Assembly (NCBI GenBank): GCA_963770895.1
Contig: CAVYRF010000002.1
Coordinates: 1,312,001-1,376,000, forward strand
Direction: 5' to 3'
DNA length: 64,000 bases
Origin: an uncultured Acidobacteriota bacterium
Lineage (GTDB): Bacteria; Acidobacteriota; Thermoanaerobaculia; Multivoradales; UBA5704
Below, one piece after another: positions 51,118 to 60,709 of the stretch. Each line of letters begins with the position of its first letter. Position 1 is the stretch's first letter. The notes beneath the pieces were generated by a model, which worked only from the letters and a program-made list of their open reading frames with translations, did not search any database and had not been told where the DNA came from. Both the position numbers and the translations under genes were made by a program.

Positions 51118-51867
51118 ATGCGCGCGCTGTTCACCGTCATGGACCCGCCGGTTTCGCCGCCGGCGCCGCCAGCCTTCCGGCCCGCGTCCGGGCTGCTGGC
51201 GTCGCCGTCGACGGGCACCGTGACGGCGGCGGCGAGCGCGACAGCCGCGGCGGCGGCGGCGGCGGCGAACGATGCCGAAGCCGCCGCGGCGGAGTTTCAG
51301 GCGTTCTACCTGCGGACGTCGCGGGCGCTGTGGGCCTACCTGGTCGCCGCCGGCCGCGACCGCGCCCTGGCCGACGACCTGTTGCAGGAGAGCTATCTGC
51401 GTCTGTTGCAGGCGCGTGGCGCACCGCGCAATGAAGAAGACCGGCGCCGCTACCTGTTCCGCATCGCCAGCAACCTGCTCGCCGACGAACGGCGGGCAGG
51501 CCGGCGCTCGGTGCAGCTTGCCCCTCCCGGACGCGACGCGCGTGACGCCGGCGCAACCGGCGACGGCGCCCCTTCAGGTGAGCTGCACGCGAGCAGCGCT
51601 CCGGGCATGCTGGGCGCGGTCGACCCGGCGGCCCAGGGCGACACCAACGTCGAGATCAGCCGCGCCCTGGCCGAGCTGCCCGCGCAGCAGCGCCGGCTGC
51701 TCTGGTTGGCGCACGTCGAGGGCTGGGATCACCGCGAGATCGCCGCCATTGTCGGCGTGGGGGCTACCAGCGTGAAAGTGCTGCTGTTCCGCGCCCGCAA
51801 ACGCCTGGCCGCCCTGCTGGGCGCCGCCACCGGCACAGATGCCAGGTCCCAAGGAGCCCGCTCATGA
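51118..51867 (+). CDS. ECF RNA polymerase sigma factor
   Basis: ADDLLQESYL, YLFRIASN, EGWDHREIA...SVKVLLFRAR. Confidence 0.93.
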   Translation: MRALFTVMDPPVSPPAPPAFRPASGLLASPSTGTVTAAASATAAAAAAAANDAEAAAAEFQAFYLRTSRALWAYLVAAGRDRALADDLLQESYLRLLQARGAPRNEEDRRRYLFRIASNLLADERRAGRRSVQLAPPGRDARDAGATGDGAPSGELHASSAPGMLGAVDPAAQGDTNVEISRALAELPAQQRRLLWLAHVEGWDHREIAAIVGVGATSVKVLLFRARKRLAALLGAATGTDARSQGARS

Positions 51868-52367
51868 CCCAAGTCGATTGCCCGCGGACCACCCAGGTGC
51901 TCGCAGCCCGGCGCCGTACGCCGCTCGGGGCCCCCGGCACCGGCGTCACGGCCGACCACGCAGCCGGCGCCGCAGACGCCACAGCGACGGCCGATCACAT
52001 CGCCACGTGCCCCACCTGCGCCGCCGCGCTGGTGGCCGATCGCGCGCTGAGCGATTTCGCCGCGGCCCTGGAGCGCCAGGCGGCGCTCCCCACCGCGACC
52101 CAGATTCTGTTTCGCGCCCAGCAGCGGCAGACCGCGCTGGCCGCCGACCGCGCCGTGCGGCCCATCAAGCTGTGGGGGCTGTGCGTGGCCGTGGGCTGCA
52201 TCCTGGCTGCCGCCGTCCTGCTGGTGACCCACGCCGGCGCTCTTTGGCACCGCGTGCTGTCGCTGCAAGCCGCCGCCGCCCCGCCGCTCCTGATCCTCGC
52301 CGGCGTGGTCAGCGTCGGCCTGGCCAGCCTCCTGCTGCACCTGCACGCCGCCTGGACCGAGCCCTAA
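51864..52367 (+). CDS. Putative zinc-binding membrane anti-sigma factor
   Basis: HIATCPTC (Hx3Cx2C), two C-terminal TM helices, ATGA overlap with the sigma gene. Confidence 0.8.
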   Translation: MTQVDCPRTTQVLAARRRTPLGAPGTGVTADHAAGAADATATADHIATCPTCAAALVADRALSDFAAALERQAALPTATQILFRAQQRQTALAADRAVRPIKLWGLCVAVGCILAAAVLLVTHAGALWHRVLSLQAAAAPPLLILAGVVSVGLASLLLHLHAAWTEP

Positions 52368-52535
52368 GCCCCGCCAACTGGTCGTACGCGGCGTGCCGGA
52401 AGTGGATCTCGCAACAGCTGGCCTGAGCTGCAAGAATCTCCCAGGTTCCCAGGGCACCGCCCAGCGGATCCAGTCGGGTTCGGTCGGCGCCTGCGCGAAG
52501 ACGGGCAGGGGCGGACCGCAACCTTGGAGGAGATG

Positions 52536-53720
52536 ATGATCAGAGCCTGCCGAAGCCTTGCCGCGCTCGCCGCGGCGGCGCTTGTTGCCGCTCCCGCGGC
52601 CGCCCAGCTGTTCAGCGGCGTCACGATCCCTTTGTCGGACTCCGACATCGATACTCATAGCCGTGGCGGCGCTCAGCACGCCTTGGTCAGCCAGGGCATC
52701 GGCCTGGTCCAGGTGACGATCGACTACAGCAGTCCGCACGTGCACAGCCCGACCGGCGTCGATCGACGGGGCAAGATCTGGGGCAAGGGCAACCTGGTCG
52801 AATACGGGATGGCGACTCTTCCCTGGGGCAGCTGCGGCAGTCAGTGCCCGTGGCGCGGCGGCGCCAACGAGAACACCGTCTTCACCACGACTCACGACGT
52901 CACCATCCAGGGCCAGCGCCTGCCGGCCGGCTCCTACGGCCTCTTTTTCATCCCCGACGCGACCGAATGGACGATCATCTTCTCGAAGAACCACACCTCC
53001 TGGGGCAGCTTCACCTATGACGCGAAGGAAGATGCCTTGCGCGTCACGGCGAAGCCCCAGCCGAGCGAGTATCACGAAGATCTCACCTACGAGTTCCGCG
53101 ACCAGAACCCCGACAGCGTAACGGCCGTGCTGCGCTGGGAGGACCTGCAGCTGCCGTTCGCCATCAAGGTCGAGAACATCGATGAGCTCTATTTCCAGAA
53201 GATCCGCCAGGAGCTGCGCTCGGCGGGCGGCTTCAATTGGCGCGGCTGGGCCATGGCGGTCCAGTTCTGCCTCACCCACAAGATCCACCTCGACGAAGCT
53301 CTCCTCTGGGCCCGGCACGGCATCGACCCGAACTTCGGCGGCCAGGAGAACGCGACGACCCTCTTCACCCTGGCGATGGCGCTCGAGGACAACGGCCAGA
53401 CGGCCGAGGGAAAGGCCGTGCTGGTCAAGGCAGTCCATCGCCCGGACGCCGCCCCGATCGACGTCCACCTCATCGGCCGCCGGCTCCTCGCGATGCACCG
53501 CCCCGCCGAAGCGATGGAAGTCTTCACGGCCAACGCCCAGCTCCACCCGGACGCCTGGCCGGTGCACTTCGGGCTGGCCCGCGGTTATGCGGCGCTGGGC
53601 CAGCAGGACCAGGCGATCGCCGAGGCCAAGCTGGCGCTGCGGCAGGCCCCCGACGCCGCAAACCAGCAGGCGGTCAAGGACTTCATCGCGACTCTCGAGG
53701 CAGGAAAGCCCGCCAACTGA
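52536..53720 (+). CDS. Secreted DUF2911-domain protein with C-terminal TPR
   Basis: Signal peptide; IDYSSP...RGKIWG...WRGGANENT...GSYGLF..W.IIF; TPR-like tail. Confidence 0.85.
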   Translation: MIRACRSLAALAAAALVAAPAAAQLFSGVTIPLSDSDIDTHSRGGAQHALVSQGIGLVQVTIDYSSPHVHSPTGVDRRGKIWGKGNLVEYGMATLPWGSCGSQCPWRGGANENTVFTTTHDVTIQGQRLPAGSYGLFFIPDATEWTIIFSKNHTSWGSFTYDAKEDALRVTAKPQPSEYHEDLTYEFRDQNPDSVTAVLRWEDLQLPFAIKVENIDELYFQKIRQELRSAGGFNWRGWAMAVQFCLTHKIHLDEALLWARHGIDPNFGGQENATTLFTLAMALEDNGQTAEGKAVLVKAVHRPDAAPIDVHLIGRRLLAMHRPAEAMEVFTANAQLHPDAWPVHFGLARGYAALGQQDQAIAEAKLALRQAPDAANQQAVKDFIATLEAGKPAN

Positions 53721-53896
53721 GCCCGCCGCCCCGGGGCCGGACCTCCAGGTCGTCCGGCCCGGCGCGGCCCGCGCCGGGCACGGCTGGACCGACCTGACGG
53801 ACCTGACCAGCAGGCTCGCCGGTTCCGGCCCTCTGTGTGCTAGCATCCCGCCCGCTCGGCTGGGAAGGCTGTCGGTCCTGGCCGCGGCGCACACCT

Positions 53897-54874
53897 ATGG
53901 AAATCTACGACGACATCCTGGAAACGCTCGGCAATACGCCGCTGGTGCGCCTGCGCCGGTTTCACCCCGCAGGGGCGACGCTGGCGGCGAAGATCGAGTC
54001 GTTCAACCCTGGCGGCAGCGTCAAGGACCGGATCAGCATCGCCATGATCGAGGCCGGGGAGCGCGCCGGCCTGCTGAAGCCTGGCGGCACCATCGTCGAG
54101 CCCACCTCGGGCAATACCGGCGTGGGTCTGGCGATGGCGGCCAACCTGCGCGGCTACCAGCTGATCTGCACCGCCGCCGACAAGATCCCGCAGGAGAAGA
54201 TCGCCCTGTTGGAGGCCTTGGGCGCCAAGGTGATCACCTGCCCGACCCACGTCGAGGCGGACGACCCCCGGTCGTATTACAAGGTGGCGGAGCGGCTGCG
54301 CGACGAGGAAGGCGCCTACCTGCCCTACCAGTACTACAACCAGGCCAACCCGGAGGCGCACTATCGCACCACCGGCCCCGAGATCTGGCGCCAGACCGAC
54401 GGCAGGATCACCCACTGGATTGCCGGCGTGGGCACCGGCGGCACCATCAGCGGCACCGCCAAATATCTCAAAGAGCAGAACCCGGCGATCCGGGTCATCG
54501 GCGTGGACCCGATCGGCAGCGTCTACCTGTATTACCGCCAGCACGGCAAGCTGCCGCCCGCCGACCAGATCCACCAATACCTGATCGACGGCATCGGCGA
54601 AGACTTCCTGCCTTCGTGCGTGTGGTGGGACTATATCGACGAGATCGTCAAGGTGGACGACAAGGCGGCCTACCGCGCCACCCTGGAGCTGGCCCGCAAG
54701 GAGTCGATCTTTGTCGGCTCGTCGAGCGGCGCCGCCGCCGCCGGCGCCCGCCAGATCGCCGCCGGCCTGCCCGCCGACGCCCTGGTCGTCACGCTCTTCC
54801 CCGACTCGGGCGAGCGCTACCTTTCAAAGCTCAATCAGACCTGGCTGCGCGGCCACGGCCTGCTCGACGACTGA
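53897..54874 (+). CDS. PLP-dependent cysteine synthase / cystathionine beta-synthase family protein
   Basis: GNTPL, NPGGSVKDR, EPTSGNTG, GTGGT, GIGEDF, PDSGERY. Confidence 0.93.
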   Translation: MEIYDDILETLGNTPLVRLRRFHPAGATLAAKIESFNPGGSVKDRISIAMIEAGERAGLLKPGGTIVEPTSGNTGVGLAMAANLRGYQLICTAADKIPQEKIALLEALGAKVITCPTHVEADDPRSYYKVAERLRDEEGAYLPYQYYNQANPEAHYRTTGPEIWRQTDGRITHWIAGVGTGGTISGTAKYLKEQNPAIRVIGVDPIGSVYLYYRQHGKLPPADQIHQYLIDGIGEDFLPSCVWWDYIDEIVKVDDKAAYRATLELARKESIFVGSSSGAAAAGARQIAAGLPADALVVTLFPDSGERYLSKLNQTWLRGHGLLDD

Positions 54875-54983
54875 CCGCGGCACACCCGCCGCCCCGCGCT
54901 CACCGCACGACGTCACCGGTCACCGCTCCGGCCGCCCCCTGGGGGACGACCGGGTGGCGTCTGCGTGCCCTTGGCGGCGCCGG

Positions 54984-56990
54984 CTAGGCGTCCAGCTTCT
55001 TTTGCGCGTTGGTGTACAGGCGCCAGCAGAGGACGCCGAAGACGGCGGCGCAGAGCAGGCCGCCGGTCACGTCGCCGCGCTTGAAGGCGCCGAAGGCCGG
55101 CACGAGGTTGCCCAGGTCGATGCGGTCGAGCAGCGTCGGATTTTCCATGTGGAAGAGGGAGTCGCCGCAGAAGGCGACCAGGGCTATGAGCACGCCTCCT
55201 AACGAGCCGCCGGCGACCAGGCCGGTGGCGTAGAGCATGCCGCTCGATAGCTCGCTCTCCTCCTTTCTGTTCGCCATCTTGTCGGCGAAGGCCTTGACCA
55301 TGCCGCCGATCCAGATGGGGAAGGTGGTGGACAGCGGCAGGTAGGCGCCGACCGCCCAGGATAGGGCGTGCGCGCCCGCCATCTGCGCCATGAAGGCGAG
55401 CCCGACGCCGACCAGGACCGGCGCCCAGGGGAGGTTCTTGGCCAGCAGGCCCTTGATGATCGTGGCCATCAGGGTGGCCTGCGGCGCGGCCAGCTTGGGG
55501 CCGCCGATGCCGTGCAGCTCGCCGGCACGATAGGTCTGGTCGAGCAGGAAGAGCGTGCCGCCGATGACCAGGGTCGACACCAGCACGCCGATGATGAAGC
55601 CGATCTGCTGGCGGCGCGGCGTGGCGCCGACCAGGAAGCCGGTCTTCAGGTCTTGCGAGGTGGCGCCGGCGTTGGCGGCGGCGATGCAGACCAGGGCGCC
55701 GACGCACAGGGCGACGGCCTGGTAGACGTCACCGGTGCGGCCGACGACGACGAAGACGACGCAGGTCGCCATCAGGGTGGCGATGGTCATCCCCGAGATC
55801 GGGTTGGACGAGGTGCCGATGATGCCGACGATGCGGCTGGACACGGTGACGAAGAACAGGCCGAACACCACGACCAGCAGGCCCATCAGCAGCGACCCCG
55901 GGAACTCGCCGTGCGGGAAGTGGGGCAGCACGGTGATGATCAGCGCCAGCACCAGCGATCCGACGATGACGATGCCGATGCCCAGGTCGTCGTCGGTGCG
56001 CAGCTTCTTGGCGCCCCCCGACCCTTCGCGCAGCGACTTGACCGACTCGCGGAAGGCGGAGACGATGGTGGGCAGCGTCTTGATCAGGGTCATCACGCCG
56101 GCACAGGCGACCGCCCCGGCGCCGATGTAGCGGATGTAGGCGCGATAGATCCATTCGGCGTGCGAGTGGCCGGAGCGCCAGCCTTCCGAGAAGCCCAAAG
56201 CCTGCAGGTCCTGCACCAGGCGCGTTTCGGGCACCAGCCACGAGATCAGCGGGATCAGCGCCAGCCAGGCCAGCACGCCACCCGAGGCCAGCTCGCCGGC
56301 GATCTTGGGGCCGATGATGTAGCCCAGGCCCAGGTACTCGGGGGTGACGTCGCACTGCAGGGTGGCGTCGGGGATGACCCCCGCTGTCTTGGTGCGGAAC
56401 CAGGTGGCGGTTTCGTTCCACAGGCCCAGGATGCCGTACAGGAACTTGTAGAGCAGCGCCATGCCCACACCGGCAAACACCGTCTTGGCCAGGTCGCCGC
56501 CGCGTTCGCCGGCGATCAGCACGTCGGCGCAGGCGGTGCCCTCGGGGTACGGCAGCTTGCCGTGCTCCTTGACGATGAGCGCCCGGCGCAGCGGGATCAT
56601 GAACAGCACGCCGAGCGTGCCGCCGACCGCCGACAGCACGAAGATGGTGGCGTAGTTGAAGTATTCGTTGCCGTTGGCGAGAAAGAGCAGCGCCGGCACG
56701 GTGAAGACGACGCCGGCGGCGACCGACTCTCCGGCCGAGCCGATCGTCTGCACGATGTTGTTTTCCAGAATGGTGGAGTTGCCGAGCCGCTTGAACACCG
56801 CGATCGACAGCACCGCGATCGGCACCGACGCCGAAACGGTGAGGCCGGCGCGCAGCGCCAGGTAGACCGTGGCGGCGCCGAACAGGACGCCGAAGAGGCT
56901 GCCCAGGATGACCGCCCTGGGCGTGAACTCCGCGATGTTCTGCGACGCGGGGATGAAAGGCTCGAACTTCTCGGGGCTCGTCTCGGCCAT
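54984..56990 (-). CDS. OPT-family oligopeptide transporter
   Basis: [45 protein letters not shown]. Confidence 0.95.
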   Translation of the reverse strand: MAETSPEKFEPFIPASQNIAEFTPRAVILGSLFGVLFGAATVYLALRAGLTVSASVPIAVLSIAVFKRLGNSTILENNIVQTIGSAGESVAAGVVFTVPALLFLANGNEYFNYATIFVLSAVGGTLGVLFMIPLRRALIVKEHGKLPYPEGTACADVLIAGERGGDLAKTVFAGVGMALLYKFLYGILGLWNETATWFRTKTAGVIPDATLQCDVTPEYLGLGYIIGPKIAGELASGGVLAWLALIPLISWLVPETRLVQDLQALGFSEGWRSGHSHAEWIYRAYIRYIGAGAVACAGVMTLIKTLPTIVSAFRESVKSLREGSGGAKKLRTDDDLGIGIVIVGSLVLALIITVLPHFPHGEFPGSLLMGLLVVVFGLFFVTVSSRIVGIIGTSSNPISGMTIATLMATCVVFVVVGRTGDVYQAVALCVGALVCIAAANAGATSQDLKTGFLVGATPRRQQIGFIIGVLVSTLVIGGTLFLLDQTYRAGELHGIGGPKLAAPQATLMATIIKGLLAKNLPWAPVLVGVGLAFMAQMAGAHALSWAVGAYLPLSTTFPIWIGGMVKAFADKMANRKEESELSSGMLYATGLVAGGSLGGVLIALVAFCGDSLFHMENPTLLDRIDLGNLVPAFGAFKRGDVTGGLLCAAVFGVLCWRLYTNAQKKLDA

Positions 56991-57153
56991 CGGGACCTCC
57001 ATCCAAGAAACCGCGCGCTGGACCAACGCCGTGGAAAACCGTTGGCGATGCTACTGTGGTCTGTCGAATGGCGCAACAGCCTTGCCGGCTTGCCCATTCA
57101 CGCCTGCCGCAAAACGTCGCCGGCGCCCGTCCTGGCCGCGGCGCCCGGCCGCC

Positions 57154-58116
57154 TCAGGGCGCGAGCAGCGCGTCGAGCAGCGCCGCCAGGCGGTAGCCGG
57201 CGAGCGCGATCGCCGGCTGGGCGACGTCCGCGGCCAGCTGGCGATAGGTCTCCGGCGGCTCCTGGCCGCGCACCAGGAGCGGCGAATAGACCCTGGCCTT
57301 CACCGTGTCGTAGCCGTCGTTGGCCCACGCCTCGAAATGCAGCAGGTCCAGCCGAGCCGCCGTCCCGGCCGGCGGATGGAGCGCGGTCACCCGCGCCGCC
57401 AGGCGGCCGATGTAGTCCGCGTCGCTTTCCTGCGGCTGCCGCGGATAGGAGATGGTGAGGATCGAATCCCAATACCAGTGCAGGCTCGCATGGACGGGAT
57501 CGAGCTTGAACAGCAGGCCCCCCCGGTCGCCCTGCGGCTCCTCCGCGGTGACCCGCGACGCGGCGTGGAGCGGCATGTGGATGTCGCCCACCAGGTGCAG
57601 CACCCAGGCCAGGTCGAGCGCCTTCTGGGCCGGCAGCTGGCGCGGGTCCGCCAGGTGCGCCGCGAACAGCCGCAGCCGCTCGATGACGTTTTCGGGGCTG
57701 GCGGGCAGGTCGAGGCGGTCGCGCGCCACCCCCGTCCAGGGGCCGGCCGCGGCCACCTGCCAGAACCAGTCGACGTAGTGCCAGGGCGGGTGGTTGTACC
57801 TGGCCATGCGCTGCGGATGGCCGGCGTCCCGCACCAGGTCGGCCCAGGTCGCCGCCAGCTCGAACAGCTCGCGCTGGCGCACCGCCGCGGGCCGGCCGTC
57901 GCTGGGCAGCAGGCTGGCCAGGTCGGCGTCGCCGGGCGCCGCGGCGAGGATCGCCACCGCCCGCTCGCGCGTCGCCGGCTGCATGGCGTCCCAGGCGATG
58001 CGCGCCACCACGCGGTGGCCGTTGGGATCCCAGCCCGCCGCCGGGACGGCCGCCGGGAGCGCCGCGGCGGCGGCGACCACCCCACCGGCGACCAGGGCGC
58101 GGGCGAGCCGGTTCAT
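57154..58116 (-). CDS. S1/P1 nuclease (secreted)
   Basis: Signal peptide then WDPNGH, WAD, WHYVD, HLVGDIHMPLH, LHWYWD zinc ligands. Confidence 0.92.
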   Translation of the reverse strand: MNRLARALVAGGVVAAAAALPAAVPAAGWDPNGHRVVARIAWDAMQPATRERAVAILAAAPGDADLASLLPSDGRPAAVRQRELFELAATWADLVRDAGHPQRMARYNHPPWHYVDWFWQVAAAGPWTGVARDRLDLPASPENVIERLRLFAAHLADPRQLPAQKALDLAWVLHLVGDIHMPLHAASRVTAEEPQGDRGGLLFKLDPVHASLHWYWDSILTISYPRQPQESDADYIGRLAARVTALHPPAGTAARLDLLHFEAWANDGYDTVKARVYSPLLVRGQEPPETYRQLAADVAQPAIALAGYRLAALLDALLAP

Positions 58117-58622
58117 GGGGCACCCCTGCGGGCCTTGAACGACCAGGTGAAGACGAAGCGGGCCACCATGTCGCCCTGGGGATTGCGGCCGATGGTGACG
58201 GCGCGCACCTGGGTGGGCTCATTGGAGGTGAGGGCCGCGGCGACGGCGCCGAAGATGGCGTCGCCGTCGACGCAGGTGAAGGTGGTGGGGGTCGTGGCTT
58301 TCTTTTCGAAGCTCCCCTCCATGCCGACGATCAGCAGCGCGACCGGGGCCGGAGCGCTGGTCGTCGCCAGCATCGCCAGGGCGCCGGTCGAAAGCTCCGC
58401 CGCCATGCTGAGCGCCGCGAAGTAGGTGGAGCGGAACGGATTGGTCGTGCGCCAGCCGTAGGGCACCGTCACCACGCAGTGCTGGCGGTCGACTTCGGGA
58501 ATGCGCAAGCCGGCGACCAGCGCCAGCGGCAGCCGCCGCAGAAAAAGGGCGCGCAGCAGCCAGGGACGGCCCAGGCGCGCCCGCAACGGTTCGACCGGCC
58601 AATCGGCGGTGGGATCGCTCAT
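58113..58622 (-). CDS. DUF4442/hot-dog thioesterase-like protein
   Basis: VPYGWRTTNPFRSTYFAALSMAAELSTG. Confidence 0.82.
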   Translation of the reverse strand: MSDPTADWPVEPLRARLGRPWLLRALFLRRLPLALVAGLRIPEVDRQHCVVTVPYGWRTTNPFRSTYFAALSMAAELSTGALAMLATTSAPAPVALLIVGMEGSFEKKATTPTTFTCVDGDAIFGAVAAALTSNEPTQVRAVTIGRNPQGDMVARFVFTWSFKARRGAP

Positions 58623-58737
58623 CGCTGCCTCCTGCTCGTCGTGCTCATCCTGCTCATCGTCATCACATCATGCTCCATATGACGGACCTTGCGGGGGCGG
58701 ACCGCTGGCGCTGCCGCTCCCGGCTCACGCCGCACGC

Positions 58738-60579
58738 TCACGGCACCGCCAGGTGGGCCGACTCGGCATCGCCCATTTCGACGCCGCCGCCGGGGAAGTA
58801 TTCGCGCCAGCGGCGGGTGACCAGCGCCGCGGTGTCGGGATCGCAGTGCAGCTCAGCCGGAAACCCCGGTTTGAGGCGGGCGTCGATCAGCACCGGCGGC
58901 CGGTAGACCAGGTGGTTGCGCTCGACGGTGGTGGCGGCGGCGTGGATGTCGGCCGCCGGCTCGAAGCGGGTGAAGGTCGTCCACAGGAAGTTGATCGGGC
59001 TTGCCGCGGCCCGCCGCGGTTCGTCGGTCAGCACCAGCAGCGGCCAGCCGGCAAAGGCCGGGTGGGCGGCAAAGCGCGCCGCCGCGCCAGGGTCGGCGGC
59101 GGCGGACGGTCCGCCCAACACCAGGCAGCCGGGGCTGAACACCAGCGCCTCGGTCAGCCCCTGCGGCAGGCCGTGCGCGCCGGGCGCAAACTGGCGCGGC
59201 AGCTCGCGCACCGGGCTGCCCAGGCCGAGCCACACGCCCTTGGAGCCTTCGTTGACCCGCGGACCGGTGTAGTCCAGGGTGTCCATCGACAGATTGGCGA
59301 ACACGAACAGGTCGGTTTCGGGGCGCGTCCGCTCCAGGACATGGGTGAGCGTGGCGCGAAAATCCTTGAGATCGACGGCCTGGTCGGTGACCAGCAGGAA
59401 CTTGGTGAGCGACAGCTGCCCTTCGCCCAGGATGCGGAACGCCGAGGCCATCGCTTCGCGCGGGTAGCGCTGCTTGACCACCGCCGCCGCCAGCGAGTGG
59501 TAGCCGGTTTCGCCGTACGACCACAGCGCCTCGACCGCCGGCATCACCAGCGGGAAGAGCGGCGCCAGCAGCTCCTGCAGCAGGTCGCCCAGAAAGAAGT
59601 CCTCCTGCCGCGGCTTGCCGACCACGGTGGCGGGAAAGATCGCGTCGCGCCGGCGCGCCAGCCATTCGACTTCGAAGACCGGATAGTCGTGCCGCAGCGA
59701 GTAGTAGCCGTAGTGATCGCCGAACGGCCCCTCCGGCCGCCGCACCCCCGGCGGCACGCGGCCGAACAGCGCCAGCTCCGCCGCCGCCGGCACGCGGCGC
59801 CCGGCGGCGGGTCCCGGCATCATCGGCAGCCGGGCGCCGGCGACCAGCGAGGCCAGCATCAGCTCGGGGACGTTTTCGGGCAGCGGCGCGATGGCGGCGA
59901 GCATCAGCGCCGGCGGCCCGCCCAGCCAGACGCTCACCGGCAGGCTCTGGCCGCGCGCTTCCGCGACGGCGTAGTGGAAGCCGCCGCCCTTGCCGATCTG
60001 CCAGTGCATGCCGGTGGTGTGCGGATCGTGCACCTGCAGCCGGTACATGCCGAGGTTGTGCCCCTTGCCGGCGGGGTGCTCGGTGTAGACCAGCGGCAGG
60101 GTGACAAAGGGGCCGCCGTCCTCGGGCCAGGTGGTGAGCGCCGGCAGGCGGTCCAGCCGCACGTCCCGCGTCACCACCTCCATGACGGTGCCGCGCCGCC
60201 GGCGCGGCCGCTCCGCGATGCCGACCCGCAGCGCCTGGCGCGCCACGTCGCGCGCCCCCCACAGCTTGCCGGGGGTCGGCGGCAGCAGGGTTTCAGCCAG
60301 CTCGACCAGGCGCCGCACCAGCTGGAACGGCCGCCGGCCGAACGCCGTTTCGGCCCGCCGGGCGGTGCCGAACAGGTTGGTGGCCAGCGGCAGCTCGGCG
60401 CCGCGCACGTTCTGAAACAGCAGCGCCGGGCCGCCGGCCGCGATCACCCGCCGGTGGATCTCCGCCGCCTCCAGCCGCGCGTCGACCGGCGCCTCGACCA
60501 CCGCCAGGTCGCCGTCGCGGCGCAGCTGCGCCAGAAACGCGCGCAGGTCCGGGAAGGTGGCACCAGGGTCGGCCGGCAT
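58738..60579 (-). CDS. UbiD-family (prFMN) decarboxylase
   Basis: DGGPFVT, NLGMYR, EGPFGDHYGYYS, VVGKPRQED, DTLDY. Confidence 0.93.
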   Translation of the reverse strand: MPADPGATFPDLRAFLAQLRRDGDLAVVEAPVDARLEAAEIHRRVIAAGGPALLFQNVRGAELPLATNLFGTARRAETAFGRRPFQLVRRLVELAETLLPPTPGKLWGARDVARQALRVGIAERPRRRRGTVMEVVTRDVRLDRLPALTTWPEDGGPFVTLPLVYTEHPAGKGHNLGMYRLQVHDPHTTGMHWQIGKGGGFHYAVAEARGQSLPVSVWLGGPPALMLAAIAPLPENVPELMLASLVAGARLPMMPGPAAGRRVPAAAELALFGRVPPGVRRPEGPFGDHYGYYSLRHDYPVFEVEWLARRRDAIFPATVVGKPRQEDFFLGDLLQELLAPLFPLVMPAVEALWSYGETGYHSLAAAVVKQRYPREAMASAFRILGEGQLSLTKFLLVTDQAVDLKDFRATLTHVLERTRPETDLFVFANLSMDTLDYTGPRVNEGSKGVWLGLGSPVRELPRQFAPGAHGLPQGLTEALVFSPGCLVLGGPSAAADPGAAARFAAHPAFAGWPLLVLTDEPRRAAASPINFLWTTFTRFEPAADIHAAATTVERNHLVYRPPVLIDARLKPGFPAELHCDPDTAALVTRRWREYFPGGGVEMGDAESAHLAVP

Positions 60580-60709
60580 GGAGGCAGGCAGTCTATCGCC
60601 ATTCGCCAGGCCCCTTGGGGGAGCCGGACCGATCCAGCCGCGGGATCGGCGATAATGCGACGACGATCGACTCCTCCTCCCTGCAGCTCCCCCTCAAGAG
60701 GACAGCGCG

